64,000 nucleotides of DNA from assembly GCA_016839945.1 (NCBI GenBank), contig JAEOTE010000007.1, positions 64,001-128,000 on the forward strand, in the 5' to 3' direction. A program made the position numbers and the translations under genes. Below, piece by piece: positions 11,501 through 20,939 of the stretch; position 1 is the first letter of the stretch, and the number at the start of each line of letters is the position of its first letter. The notes under the pieces are model-generated. The model was not told the DNA's origin. It made no database searches and saw nothing but the letters and a program-made list of their open reading frames with translations. The DNA is from Candidatus Heimdallarchaeota archaeon (GTDB lineage Archaea > Asgardarchaeota > Heimdallarchaeia > Heimdallarchaeales > Heimdallarchaeaceae).

Positions 11501-11726
11501 AGACCGTTTAATTGTTATGAGTGATTTAGTAGGTTTCGTTGCTCGTAAGAAGTTTGATGAAAATACAGGTCCTGTACTAGAAGGAATAAAATCAGCTATT
11601 AATTATTTAATTGAACATGGAGACACCAACATTATAGACCTAGCAGAAACAATTAAAGAAGCACTCTTTATGCTATCAGAATATCCTACAAAAGTATTAG
11701 AGGAAAAACAACAACAAAAACAATGA
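8535..11726 (+). CDS. Large hypothetical protein with putative N-terminal longin-like domain and long helical body (start may be ATG 8580)
   Basis: 1063-aa ORF; N-terminal YELWLS..DAGISF..DSSMMQGILLSLQNLMSTEV resembles Asgard longin-type domains by eye. Confidence 0.55.
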   Translation: MYWGTLDYEYRYVRFMTKKFPYELWLSAGSDAGISFATVGRLAKDSSMMQGILLSLQNLMSTEVDVSNSQFMTGENEFVKFGTFTLAEEADNVVVQYIVKSEQAKKLSKYDEELVQELAQSFCRFIILTPNFHQNISAGKMISPDYVSKAFLKACTITKQKISVPTNNKDLGELIKKHIEIIEQNPENYETLVQLKDIKQWLGDDEQSWDKGSIIPFKRQLLVQMVSQDILNQIIREDPFVLLEFESPRYVVEEIRNSIENYLRKKDIKPQDLIERYLAKDLSKIVRTNLERLTIDEIHSANSFISNILAKEVIYKIAKEKPLNSLIDFRDIPLFSTIQKTITTLTEIPNPGTMICDALIEDVSPLVLQSGRLFYNQLINPFTGKKLPPSIWNVIIDFTYAIIEEKKIKSKEEGRETSIQVKRNLLNNRLAKLTVIQSEWLKELTIKFKEVGVGRELRLSNVEESVLFANALERAIITTLEKIVKDQLFNTNLGDIFNFMIDTFKDLAPKTVLAKIISNVMNDVKERKYETAQQMSMSAQDLIGASIEEGDVKAFVNSVPVQLKRSFFRGTNLSFDGRTVSSSELLQKKGVSISIGNKIMPLNDFEADAEFLSTCFTNSKILRKAYAKAILRGMIESYVQQIFNFEGEIIGRLDSLITAFNKEMVSKLTPAHRLLEIKESFPSFPQIRDIPQKFAERNFHDRCRDSWNLYAPKIQKAIQDILNGFSKLRTKDLNYKKKAMKLYSKAIKDLKYVRKILLKSWNPLNNQMTKVVEKWSKDVSAKLSAHLDFVDRNVNDWISDVFKINRLEYGRFTISHEQSQKQIIETLNEINPREIAELPKNFMEIAISILLYRRIPEYVIDESYNQMISGERKVADAVLKAWSKSKSRNEFEDNLYMNMRVLGNTFTRMINTYGRLVSSLFIQDDIALSSDIKGYYIVLGSFTKDVYTTKNHVLSILRFLNVEVIDLGEDWEVRLYLEPEYKKEMSEYRDRLIVMSDLVGFVARKKFDENTGPVLEGIKSAINYLIEHGDTNIIDLAETIKEALFMLSEYPTKVLEEKQQQKQ

Positions 11727-11751
11727 AATTTCTCTGACTTCCATTAGTAAT

Positions 11752-12477
11752 TTACTTTGGCAATCTAGGTCCAAAAATAGAAGTTCCTATTCTAACCATA
11801 TTTGATCCTTCTTCAATTGCTATCTCAAAATCATTGGACATTCCCATTGAGAGTATAGGATTTTCTACTACTAAAAGAGGTATAATTTGCTTTTTGAAAA
11901 TTTCAGTAGTTTTAGAAAACAGTTTCCTCAAAACCTGTTGATCACTTTCAAATTCTAGGGGAGCTATTGTCATAATACCATGTACAATAACATTTGAATA
12001 TTGTTTTGTTAATTCAAGAAATTTCAAGGTTTCACTAATGTTTAAACCTTTTGGAGAAGCTACATTGCTAAAATCTACTTGTATAAGAATAGGATATATT
12101 GTTTTCTGATTCAATGCACGTTTGTTAATAAGAGATAAAATCTTCTCTTGTTGAACACTCTGGATAAAATTACAGTTTTCAACAGCAAATTTTACTTTGT
12201 TCGATTGCATACGTCCTACAACATGTAATTCAGTTGATGGAGAATAATTCTTTATTTGAAGTATCTTTGATTTAAGTTCAGTACCAACAACCTCACCAAT
12301 TATTTTAAGACCTGCATCTATTGCTAATTGGATTCTACCCATTTCAATGCGTTTAGTTACACCAACCAGTGAAATTTCTGTTCCATCACGTCCACTCTTT
12401 CTTGCACTTTCATCTATTCTACCTAAAACATCTTGATAATTAGAGGGAATATCTATAGAGAGTGGACTCTGAGTCAT
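11752..12477 (-). CDS. yggS: YggS/PLPBP pyridoxal-phosphate homeostasis protein
   Basis: LVGVTK, HVVGRMQSNK, SMGMSNDFEIAIEEGSNMVRIGTSIFG. Confidence 0.93.
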   Translation of the reverse strand: MTQSPLSIDIPSNYQDVLGRIDESARKSGRDGTEISLVGVTKRIEMGRIQLAIDAGLKIIGEVVGTELKSKILQIKNYSPSTELHVVGRMQSNKVKFAVENCNFIQSVQQEKILSLINKRALNQKTIYPILIQVDFSNVASPKGLNISETLKFLELTKQYSNVIVHGIMTIAPLEFESDQQVLRKLFSKTTEIFKKQIIPLLVVENPILSMGMSNDFEIAIEEGSNMVRIGTSIFGPRLPK

Positions 12478-12574
12478 TGTTTTATTATAGACACTTAAAA
12501 AATAAAGATATTGCTATCAACAATAGTTTTGATTTCATTCAAAATTCAACTGGTTTTAATACAGTTATTCTCAA

Positions 12575-13357
12575 TTAAAGCACTCTACCTTCCATTCCTC
12601 CATGGACCATTATTGTTTCTCCACTTATATGTCCCGCAGCTTTTTCTGAAAGAAGAAATCCAACTATTGAAGCTACATCCTCAACTTGAGCTATTTTTTT
12701 TAAAGGCATTGTTTGGAATATTCTTTCCATCTTCCCTTCTTCTCTTAAAGATTTTTCTGCCATCTCTGTAAATACCCAACCTGGTGCAACACAATTAACT
12801 CTACCTAAAGAAGAATAAGTAATTATTTCGTTTTTCCATGTCTTTGTTAAACCATACATCAAAGCTGCTTTTGTAGCAGAATAATCAGCATATCCTGCTT
12901 CACCAAATTGACCAGCTGTAGAACCTATTAAAACAATTGAAGCTGTCTCTTCCTTAGATGATAGGAGATTTCTGAAAAATTCTCTAACACATAGGAAAAC
13001 ACCAGTAAGATTAACATTCAAGGTTTTTTCCCATCGATCTATATTCATCTTATCAGTTAATGTAGGCATAGGTGCCCAGATTCCAGCATTAGCTACTAAA
13101 CAATCTACTCTTCCAAAATTATCTATAGCTTCCTGAAAGATTCTTTTAATATCAGTTTCTTTTTCTAAATCACCTTTGATTAAAACAAGATTGCTTGAGT
13201 CTAGCTGATCCCTAATTTGGTTGGCTTTATCCTCACTTTTATTATAATGAAGACTGATTTTTGCACCCTCTTGGTGCAGTAGTTTTACAATAGATTGTCC
13301 AATTCCTCCTGACCCACCTGTGACTAACACATGCTTATTAGTTAATCCTAATTCCAT
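12575..13357 (-). CDS. Short-chain dehydrogenase/reductase (SDR)
   Basis: TGGSGGIG, NAG, YSATK (YxxxK), VNCVAPG. Confidence 0.93.
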   Translation of the reverse strand: MELGLTNKHVLVTGGSGGIGQSIVKLLHQEGAKISLHYNKSEDKANQIRDQLDSSNLVLIKGDLEKETDIKRIFQEAIDNFGRVDCLVANAGIWAPMPTLTDKMNIDRWEKTLNVNLTGVFLCVREFFRNLLSSKEETASIVLIGSTAGQFGEAGYADYSATKAALMYGLTKTWKNEIITYSSLGRVNCVAPGWVFTEMAEKSLREEGKMERIFQTMPLKKIAQVEDVASIVGFLLSEKAAGHISGETIMVHGGMEGRVL

Positions 13358-13441
13358 AGGATAAAGAAAGAGAGTGAGATTTTAAATTTAATCCAATGAT
13401 TTCATTTGAATATATTTATAAAAGAATGTTCTTGACTGAGA

Positions 13442-14848
13442 GTGATACATATGAACGAAGATTTAGTAAACAATGTACTAAAATCTATAGAAAAAGAAAA
13501 AGTTACTTATGCTGATATAAGAATTGAAAATTCTTTAATGACACAAATTCGAACTGTTAATAAAAAAGTTGAACGAAGCACTACAGGGATAGAATCTGGT
13601 ATAGGAATAAGGATTCTAAAAGAAGGTGCTTGGGGATTTGCATTTGGACCTATCGATAATTTTACAGATATCATTAAGATGGCAGTCCAAGCAAATAAGT
13701 TGAATCTCAAACATAAGAAAGAGGAAATTAAATTAGCAGAGATAAAAATCGTAGAAGACGATTTTGAAGGAAAGCAGAAAAAGAAAATTGATGATGTGGG
13801 ATTTGATGAAAAAATCCAAATGACTTTTGAAACTGATAAAGCTCAAGAAGATGAAAAGATAAAATCCAGAACATCCGTTTATAGAGAAGTTCTCAAGAAT
13901 GTGATTCTAGCAACAACAGAGGGAACAAGGATAAACTATTCTGTACCTTATGTAAGACTAGGAGCAATTTCTGTCGCTAGAGAAGGAAATGAAACCATAG
14001 AAACCTATTGTATTGCAGGTCATTTAGGTGGTTTAGAACTCATTGACATTAGAGCACCACAAGAGATAGGAGATAAAGCTAAAGAAAGAGCTTTAGAAGG
14101 ACTTAAAGCTCCTAAACTTAAAAATGGAAGATACCCAGTTGTTCTTGATGGAACAATAAATCATCTTTTTGCTCATGAAGCTGCAGGTCATAGTGCAGAA
14201 GCTGATTTAGCAAAAAATGCAGGTATTCTTAAAGGTAAGTTAGGAAAAAGAATTGCTCATCCAAAAGTTGATATGATAGACGATGGGAGATTGAAGGAGG
14301 TTGATAACATCGTACATTTTGGAAATATAAAATATGACGATGAAGGAGTACTAGGACAAAGAAATCACATTATTCGAAATGGTATTCTTGAAACTTACCT
14401 TCATGATAGAGCAACAGCAGCTTATTTTGGTACAAAACCCACAGGAAACTCAAGAGTAGAGGCATACAATTATCCTCAAATAATTAGAATGACTAATACA
14501 TTCATAGCTCCAGCTGAAGATCCTATGAACCATGAAGAGCTATTAGAGTTAATTAAGAACGGATATCTACTAATGCAAGGAGGAGGAGGACAAGTAAGTC
14601 CAATTGAAGGTACTTTTAATTTTGGTGTTGGAGAGGTGTATGAAGTCAAAAATGGTGAAATAGGTCAAAGGTATCGTCCAACTACTTTAGCTGGAAATAC
14701 TTTGGAGACTCTCAACAAAATCATAGGAATATCTCCTGAAATGGGAGATCCTCTAGTTAGTACTGGATTTTGTGGAAAAGGCAGTCAAAGTGTACCTGTA
14801 GCAGGAACTGCAGGATGGATAGCTGTAAAAGATATTGTAATAGGTTAG
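13442..14848 (+). CDS. tldD: TldD metalloprotease subunit
   Basis: HEAAGH (HExxGH), YDDEG, RMTNT, C-terminal CGK. Confidence 0.92.
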   Translation: MIHMNEDLVNNVLKSIEKEKVTYADIRIENSLMTQIRTVNKKVERSTTGIESGIGIRILKEGAWGFAFGPIDNFTDIIKMAVQANKLNLKHKKEEIKLAEIKIVEDDFEGKQKKKIDDVGFDEKIQMTFETDKAQEDEKIKSRTSVYREVLKNVILATTEGTRINYSVPYVRLGAISVAREGNETIETYCIAGHLGGLELIDIRAPQEIGDKAKERALEGLKAPKLKNGRYPVVLDGTINHLFAHEAAGHSAEADLAKNAGILKGKLGKRIAHPKVDMIDDGRLKEVDNIVHFGNIKYDDEGVLGQRNHIIRNGILETYLHDRATAAYFGTKPTGNSRVEAYNYPQIIRMTNTFIAPAEDPMNHEELLELIKNGYLLMQGGGGQVSPIEGTFNFGVGEVYEVKNGEIGQRYRPTTLAGNTLETLNKIIGISPEMGDPLVSTGFCGKGSQSVPVAGTAGWIAVKDIVIG

Positions 14849-14857
14849 GAGATAAAA

Positions 14858-16312
14858 ATGTCAGAAAATAGTCTAAGTATTAAAATTGAAAAAGCACTTG
14901 AAACTGGTCTAAAGTATGCTAAAAAAGCTGGTGCATCGCATTGTGAAGCTTATGGTGTAAATGAGAAAGCATATAATTTAGAAATTGAAAAAAAAGAACC
15001 TAAACATAATATAGGAATTATGCATGGTCTTGCTTTTAGAGTAATTGCAAACGATGCATTAGGATTTGCATATACTTCCTCATTCCAAGAAAATGATATT
15101 AAGCATACAATTAATTTAGCAATTCAAAATGCAAAAACACAAAAGAAAGATCCGGATTTGAAACCTTTTCCTGAATTAAAAGAGACAAAAGAAAAATTGT
15201 CACTAGATAAAAAACTATATTCTATTAAACCTGAAGAAATTGCAGAAATATTTGAAAAACTCCATCTTGAAAAACTACCAAAGAATATTCATTTCTTATT
15301 TTCTTTCGGTTTTCTTGGATCTGGAGAGAGTTTCTTAAAAAACTCTCAAGGTTTGGATCTTCATGAAAAAGACGCAGGATATGGTTTAGGGATAGGATAT
15401 CTATCATCTCATGGTTACCCTGTATATGACATTCATGCTGAAGGTTCAAGAAAACTAGGTGAACTAGATCCTGAAATCATTGCAAAAACAACAATAAGCA
15501 AAGTACTTGAAAGTGCAAAACCTAAAACAATGTCTGTCGCAGGTGAGTATCCTGTTATCATAACTCCTGAAGGTTCCTATGGTGCATTTGGAGCATTGTT
15601 TGGAGTCTTAACAAATCTACTGCGAGGAGATAAGGCTTCTAGAGGGGATACAGTCTATGCAGATAGGATAGGAGATCAAATTGCTCCTGAGAATTTCACT
15701 CTTATTGATGATCCACTAAGAAAAGATTTGGTAACATCTGCTTTATATGATGGTGAAGGAGTTCCAACTCAGCGAACAAAACTAATAGAGAAGGGAGTAC
15801 TACAAACATACTATCTGGATTCTTATTATGCAGGGAAACTGAATATGGAAAGTAACGGAAAAGCTACAAGAGGAGGATTATTTAGTGGAAATCCAGTTAA
15901 AGGACCACCTCGAATTGGCTCCTTTGCAACAATCATTGAACCTGGTGATTCCTCAGTTGAAGAAATGATAAGCGAAACAAAGGAAGGTTTCATGCTGAAA
16001 AGCTTCATGGGTATTCATATGTCTGATATGAGTAGTGGAAGATTTGCTGTAACAGGTAGTGGATGGTATATTAAGAACGGGGAGAAAAGGTATCCTGTTC
16101 AAGATATTTCACTTTCTGGAACAATACCAGATTTGTTGAAAGGTATTGATATGATTTCAAAAGAACGAAAGAAAGGAATAAACAATGAAGTTCCATACTT
16201 AAGAGTGGAAAAACTGAATGTAACAGCTAAGAAACTAGATTTTAAAGTACGCTTTGGAATAAAGATATTGAAACTACTAACAAAATTTGGGTATCCAAAT
16301 CCTTACACCTAA
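14858..16312 (+). CDS. pmbA: PmbA/TldE subunit
   Basis: Paralog of the upstream tldD lacking HExxH; YDGEG; SGRFAV. Confidence 0.88.
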   Translation: MSENSLSIKIEKALETGLKYAKKAGASHCEAYGVNEKAYNLEIEKKEPKHNIGIMHGLAFRVIANDALGFAYTSSFQENDIKHTINLAIQNAKTQKKDPDLKPFPELKETKEKLSLDKKLYSIKPEEIAEIFEKLHLEKLPKNIHFLFSFGFLGSGESFLKNSQGLDLHEKDAGYGLGIGYLSSHGYPVYDIHAEGSRKLGELDPEIIAKTTISKVLESAKPKTMSVAGEYPVIITPEGSYGAFGALFGVLTNLLRGDKASRGDTVYADRIGDQIAPENFTLIDDPLRKDLVTSALYDGEGVPTQRTKLIEKGVLQTYYLDSYYAGKLNMESNGKATRGGLFSGNPVKGPPRIGSFATIIEPGDSSVEEMISETKEGFMLKSFMGIHMSDMSSGRFAVTGSGWYIKNGEKRYPVQDISLSGTIPDLLKGIDMISKERKKGINNEVPYLRVEKLNVTAKKLDFKVRFGIKILKLLTKFGYPNPYT

Positions 16313-16367
16313 TTTCTAATTTTTTTTCTTTTCGAAAAATGGAAAAAGAAAAAAGAAAAAAGAAAAA
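16313..16367. terminator. Probable bidirectional U-rich terminator between convergent genes
   Basis: T-tract followed by A-tracts between the stops of pmbA (+) and the 961-aa gene (-). Confidence 0.45.
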
Positions 16368-19253
16368 TTATTTTCTTCGTTTTGTAAATATTACTGCACT
16401 TGCTACAGCTGCGAAACCAATGATGCTTAGAATAGAAGCAATACCAAATTCAGAGATTACTGGTAAGCTTGATGGTCCTAAAACATAATCTAGAGTTGGA
16501 GGACTTGCAAAGTTAGCACTAACAAGTATTTCGAGGTATGCTTGTAATATACCTGCTCCGCTCATACCATAATCAGGAACAGTTGTTATTTCAAAGTCGA
16601 AACTTGTTTTTAATCCAGCACCTAGAACTACACCTGAGTTATAATCTACAACAACCCATATGTAACCTCTGATAAATCCATCAATGATTGTATTTTCCCA
16701 CTCATAGTCTCCATTTAAAGCATCCCATTCGATGTCAGCTTCGGTATCTATTGTTATATAATAATACATAACATCCATACCAGTTGTATAATGATAACTA
16801 TCAACTTGAGCATCTATTAGTAATTGTGTAATTAAGAAGTTGGTATTTATAACATCTAGAGCATTGAATGCATCTACGAAGTAGTCTGTAGCTCCCAGCA
16901 TCGAGTTAGCCGTTACTACTAAACCATCATAGTAATTCCAATCAGGTATGACATGGAATCCCATTGGACTAAACATTGGGTAAGTCACCGTAGATTCATA
17001 TGGTGTTGCCAAAGGATCTAATGGATCATACATGGTGTAATTAGCTTTTGCCCATAATCCTTCATAATCCAACATTTCAACTCCTAGAGTTGGATGTCCT
17101 ATTGAGCTTAAAGCTTGTGTCTTAAAGTTCTTTACGCTATCAATGAAATCTGTAGGTGCTAATGGTGGTGCATTATAATAGAATATAACATTATCAAATA
17201 AATAAGTCCATGAGCTTGGCGATGGTAAGCTTGGTGTATAAGGAGTATCGGTTTTCGCATCGTCTAATTCCAGTGTTATATTGAACCAAACATCTGAAAC
17301 TGCGTAGTAGTCCATACTTGCTGTTACATTGAGAAGTTTTCCTGTTGTTGTATTATAACCCCAGTATACATCTTGTGTTAATTGAGCATCAGACATATTC
17401 ATATGCATTTCAAAAAGACAGTATTGATTCGCAACATCATATGTTGTGTTGAATCCAGGTTGTCCTGTTGAATCATTCTTGGCTACATCAAAAGTGTCAA
17501 ATTGTACCCAATCGGTGTCACTTGCATCGAAGGTTTGGAATGGAACAAATCGTTCACTGAATGGCCAATAGTCATATGCGCCCCACCAAAATTCGTACTC
17601 ATGATATTCAGAGATTGCGAAATTTAGGTCAGTGAACATTGTTATATCAATAGGAATTGCAGGTAATATTGAGTTAGCTAAGAATGAGAATTGAAAGTCT
17701 GGAAGTGTCATGTTATAGAATGGTCCATTACTCCATGTCCAATCTAAAGCACTAGGACTGTTTACTAATGATTCATAAAGGTAACCATTTGGATATCCTT
17801 CAAGATATTGTTGTTCATAAATCCAATTAGCTCCCATTTCATAAGGATCAGTAGTACTTGGGGAGTAAGGTAGAATAATTAAAGGAGTTTCTGGTAAACT
17901 GTTGTAGGAATCATAAGCTCCTTCAGCAAATCCATCAAAATATCCTTCTTCTCTGTAGCTGGACATACCCCATTGGTATTGTTCTCCTGCAGTTGTAAGA
18001 TCAAATCCATCATCATAAGCAGCCAAGTAACCTTCTTGTATTCCATTATTATATCCTGATTCCCATGCATCCCGAGGATCATAGAAATAAGGATCAGGTG
18101 GTGGAAACCAAGTTGTATATCTTGGATTTGCGGAGAGTCGATCGTTTTCTCCATTCCAATAACCATTGTAATGATAGTATCCATCGTGATAACCATCAGC
18201 ATAACCAACAGGCCAATTATTCCATGCATTGTTGTATAAGTCATTATACAGCATTTCATTGAAATATAATTGAGCTCCTTCATATAGATATCCTGCAGCA
18301 TAATAATCTTCGTAAAAACGAGGATAATATTGCCATCTTGCATAGCTATTCATATCAGTTATTGCTGGTGGAGCTGGAGCTTTTTTATCTGGTATTCTAT
18401 CTGTAATGAAATCTGTTTGACCAGTGGTGAAACCATCACCTCTTGCATCAAAGAATCCAGTATAGAATCCATCTAAAGCAACTTGAGCGTCAAACCATAA
18501 GGGATTGTTGCTACTAAATTCACAACCCCAGTGTCCTATATCATACCCAATAACTTCTCCTAAATCGTAAGCAAAATCACCAAGTTGATATTCACCATAA
18601 TGATAAGGTCTTGGCCATTCATTTCTGGGTGGCCAATATCCAAAAGAATTGTTATAATCATACCAACCATTGTCAAAATTTGGCATGAATGAGGCGTTAA
18701 AGTTTGACCAGAAAACACTTGAAGTTACATTGTCTATAAAATTACTTCGTGGCCAGGTTTCCCAATAGAAATGAATATCTGTTTTTGCGAAATCATCTGG
18801 AAAGCTAAATTGAGATACATTTGCATAAAAACCAAAATCATCATATAGATTTAGAAATCCAATTGCTTGCAAAACAGTTTCACTTATACCATCATGATAT
18901 CCATGAGTTTCATTCCACTTATACAAAGGAATGTTATCCATAGCGCTGATAAGAATTTCAATTTCGCTCCCTTCTAAACTGTTTATGAGACCAAAATCAA
19001 AATCTGGAACCTCTTCAGGTAGCATCATTCTTAGAAGATCAAAGGCAGCTGAGCCCCAATCAAATTGTGATATATTATAAAACAAATGTGCACCTGGTTC
19101 TACAGGTCCATAATCAGGTTTTATGTTGCCAGGTAATGTAGAATTATCTTTTGCCATCATAGCGTTTGGTGTTATAAGTGGCAGTAAAATTATCAATAAG
19201 CCTATACTTAAAATTTTATTTTTCATATTTGAACCCCTAAGGAATTCTAACAT
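16368..19253 (-). CDS. Large acidic, aromatic-rich surface (glyco)protein with C-terminal sorting-signal-like anchor
   Basis: Signal peptide from MKNK; many NxS/T sequons; GYxxGYxDG repeats; C-terminus ISEFG-TM-KRRK. Confidence 0.75.
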   Translation of the reverse strand: MLEFLRGSNMKNKILSIGLLIILLPLITPNAMMAKDNSTLPGNIKPDYGPVEPGAHLFYNISQFDWGSAAFDLLRMMLPEEVPDFDFGLINSLEGSEIEILISAMDNIPLYKWNETHGYHDGISETVLQAIGFLNLYDDFGFYANVSQFSFPDDFAKTDIHFYWETWPRSNFIDNVTSSVFWSNFNASFMPNFDNGWYDYNNSFGYWPPRNEWPRPYHYGEYQLGDFAYDLGEVIGYDIGHWGCEFSSNNPLWFDAQVALDGFYTGFFDARGDGFTTGQTDFITDRIPDKKAPAPPAITDMNSYARWQYYPRFYEDYYAAGYLYEGAQLYFNEMLYNDLYNNAWNNWPVGYADGYHDGYYHYNGYWNGENDRLSANPRYTTWFPPPDPYFYDPRDAWESGYNNGIQEGYLAAYDDGFDLTTAGEQYQWGMSSYREEGYFDGFAEGAYDSYNSLPETPLIILPYSPSTTDPYEMGANWIYEQQYLEGYPNGYLYESLVNSPSALDWTWSNGPFYNMTLPDFQFSFLANSILPAIPIDITMFTDLNFAISEYHEYEFWWGAYDYWPFSERFVPFQTFDASDTDWVQFDTFDVAKNDSTGQPGFNTTYDVANQYCLFEMHMNMSDAQLTQDVYWGYNTTTGKLLNVTASMDYYAVSDVWFNITLELDDAKTDTPYTPSLPSPSSWTYLFDNVIFYYNAPPLAPTDFIDSVKNFKTQALSSIGHPTLGVEMLDYEGLWAKANYTMYDPLDPLATPYESTVTYPMFSPMGFHVIPDWNYYDGLVVTANSMLGATDYFVDAFNALDVINTNFLITQLLIDAQVDSYHYTTGMDVMYYYITIDTEADIEWDALNGDYEWENTIIDGFIRGYIWVVVDYNSGVVLGAGLKTSFDFEITTVPDYGMSGAGILQAYLEILVSANFASPPTLDYVLGPSSLPVISEFGIASILSIIGFAAVASAVIFTKRRK

Positions 19254-19379
19254 ACATATTAAGAATCTTATTTAAAAACCTAATGTTTGATTTTTTTCGA
19301 AGTTAAAAATAATGTATAGCGAAAAATATCTGTCTTACATAGAATGAGTTGAAATTAAAAGATTAAAAAAGAGAGATAA

Positions 19380-19577
19380 TTAATCTAATTCTGTTGGTTG
19401 CTCAAATTGGCTTCCGAAAAACTCAAAGTTGTGATAACTGCCACACTCTGGACAGTAGAATGTCAATATGAAGGTTTCTTTTCTGTTTTCGCCTTTAAAC
19501 TCATGTTCTGTATTTTTTTCACAGAATTTGCAATAAATTGCTAATTTTGGTCCTTGTGCTTCTGACATTTGCTTCAC
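19380..19577 (-). CDS. Small zinc-ribbon protein
   Basis: CKFC and CPEC pairs in 65 aa. Confidence 0.65.
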   Translation of the reverse strand: MKQMSEAQGPKLAIYCKFCEKNTEHEFKGENRKETFILTFYCPECGSYHNFEFFGSQFEQPTELD

Positions 19578-19627
19578 TTAATCATTTTACATATTCATTT
19601 TTAAGTTATTTGCAATAATATGAAAAA

Positions 19628-20785
19628 CTAAAGAATTTTATTTAATCGTTCAATTACTTCTTGAATCTGTTCTACACCGGCTGAACCGAAGCTTGCTCTT
19701 ATATAGGGAGTTTGACTTGGACCAAATTCCAAACCTGGAACTAAAACAACTCGAGCATCTTTGAAGGCTTTTTCAGAAAATTCTTCACAATTAGAGTATT
19801 TAGTTTGAGAGATATCTGGATAACAATAAAATGATCCTACAGGTTCTTGGCACGATATTCCTTCAATAGAATTAAATCCTTTAACAATAACATCTCTCCT
19901 TTTTTGAAATTCATCTCTGATATACTTAATAAATTCCTCAGATTCTTTTGTTTGCATGTAGTTCGCTAAAGCAACCTGTGTAGGTGTTGTAGAGTTAGCA
20001 ACTACATAAGTATGATATTTAAGAATAGGCTTTAAGAGCTCAGGAGTCGAAACACCAAATCCCATTCTCCAACCAGGGATTGCATATGTTTTAGAGAAAG
20101 AATTAGCTGTTATAGTTCTTTCATAAGCATTGTCAATACTTCCAATATGAACATGTTCGTTTCCATTGAAAATAATATGTTCATAAACTTCATCACTAAG
20201 AATAAGTAAATTGTAATCCTCTGCTAAATCCACTAAGGCTTTTAGCTCTTGTCTGGTCATTATTGCCCCTGTAGGATTAGAGGGGAAGTTAAGAATCATG
20301 ATTCTGGTTTTATCTGTGATTTTTTCTTTAGTTTTTTCGATATCAATTTTAAAATCAGGAGTTGATGGCATCCAAACCATTTTTCCTCCAGCTAAAACTA
20401 CTTGACGAGGATAAGTTAGAAAACAAGGATCTTGATGTAAAACTTCTTCACCTGGTTTGAGATATGTTTGTAGAGCAACATAGATTAGTTCTACACCTCC
20501 TGTTGTTACAATTACCCCTTCTGAAGAATCATATTCAACACCATAATATTCTTTATACTTTTCTGCAATTGCTTTCCTTAGTTCTAGATTTCCTATAGAT
20601 TGGTCATAATTATTGTAATCATCATCAACTGCTTGTTTTAATGCTTCCTTCAATCCAGTGGGTGTAGTAATATCAGGTGCCCCTATACCTAGTGAGATAA
20701 CATGTTCTATACCTTGAGCTTTAGCAAAAAGTTCTCTAATTCCACTTGGTTCAATTGTATCAAGTTTTTCTGTAGGAAATTTCAT
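19628..20785 (-). CDS. Class I/II PLP-dependent aminotransferase (aspartate/aromatic type)
   Basis: NFPSNPTG, SDEVY, SFSKTYAIPGWRMG. Confidence 0.93.
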   Translation of the reverse strand: MKFPTEKLDTIEPSGIRELFAKAQGIEHVISLGIGAPDITTPTGLKEALKQAVDDDYNNYDQSIGNLELRKAIAEKYKEYYGVEYDSSEGVIVTTGGVELIYVALQTYLKPGEEVLHQDPCFLTYPRQVVLAGGKMVWMPSTPDFKIDIEKTKEKITDKTRIMILNFPSNPTGAIMTRQELKALVDLAEDYNLLILSDEVYEHIIFNGNEHVHIGSIDNAYERTITANSFSKTYAIPGWRMGFGVSTPELLKPILKYHTYVVANSTTPTQVALANYMQTKESEEFIKYIRDEFQKRRDVIVKGFNSIEGISCQEPVGSFYCYPDISQTKYSNCEEFSEKAFKDARVVLVPGLEFGPSQTPYIRASFGSAGVEQIQEVIERLNKIL

Positions 20786-20821
20786 CTTGGATAGAAGTAG
20801 AAAAAAAAGTAAAATTAAACC

Positions 20822-20939
20822 TTTGCATATAGTATTTATATTTCTATTATATTATTTCAAGAACTTTATCAACAGGAGAATTTGCATATAGTATTTATAT
20901 TTCTATTATATTATTTCAAGAACTTTATCAACAGGAGAA
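20822..20939. repeat. Perfect 59-bp tandem duplication
   Basis: 20822-20880 is identical to 20881-20939 (tttgcatatagtatt...caacaggagaa). Confidence 0.95.

Noticed and set aside
17879-18343. 154-aa alternative-frame ORF inside the surface-protein gene
   Set aside because: Met/Ile-rich shadow produced by the Tyr/Asp/Gly codon bias of the real frame
20822-20939. CRISPR array
   Set aside because: Only two abutting 59-bp copies, no spacers and no cas genes
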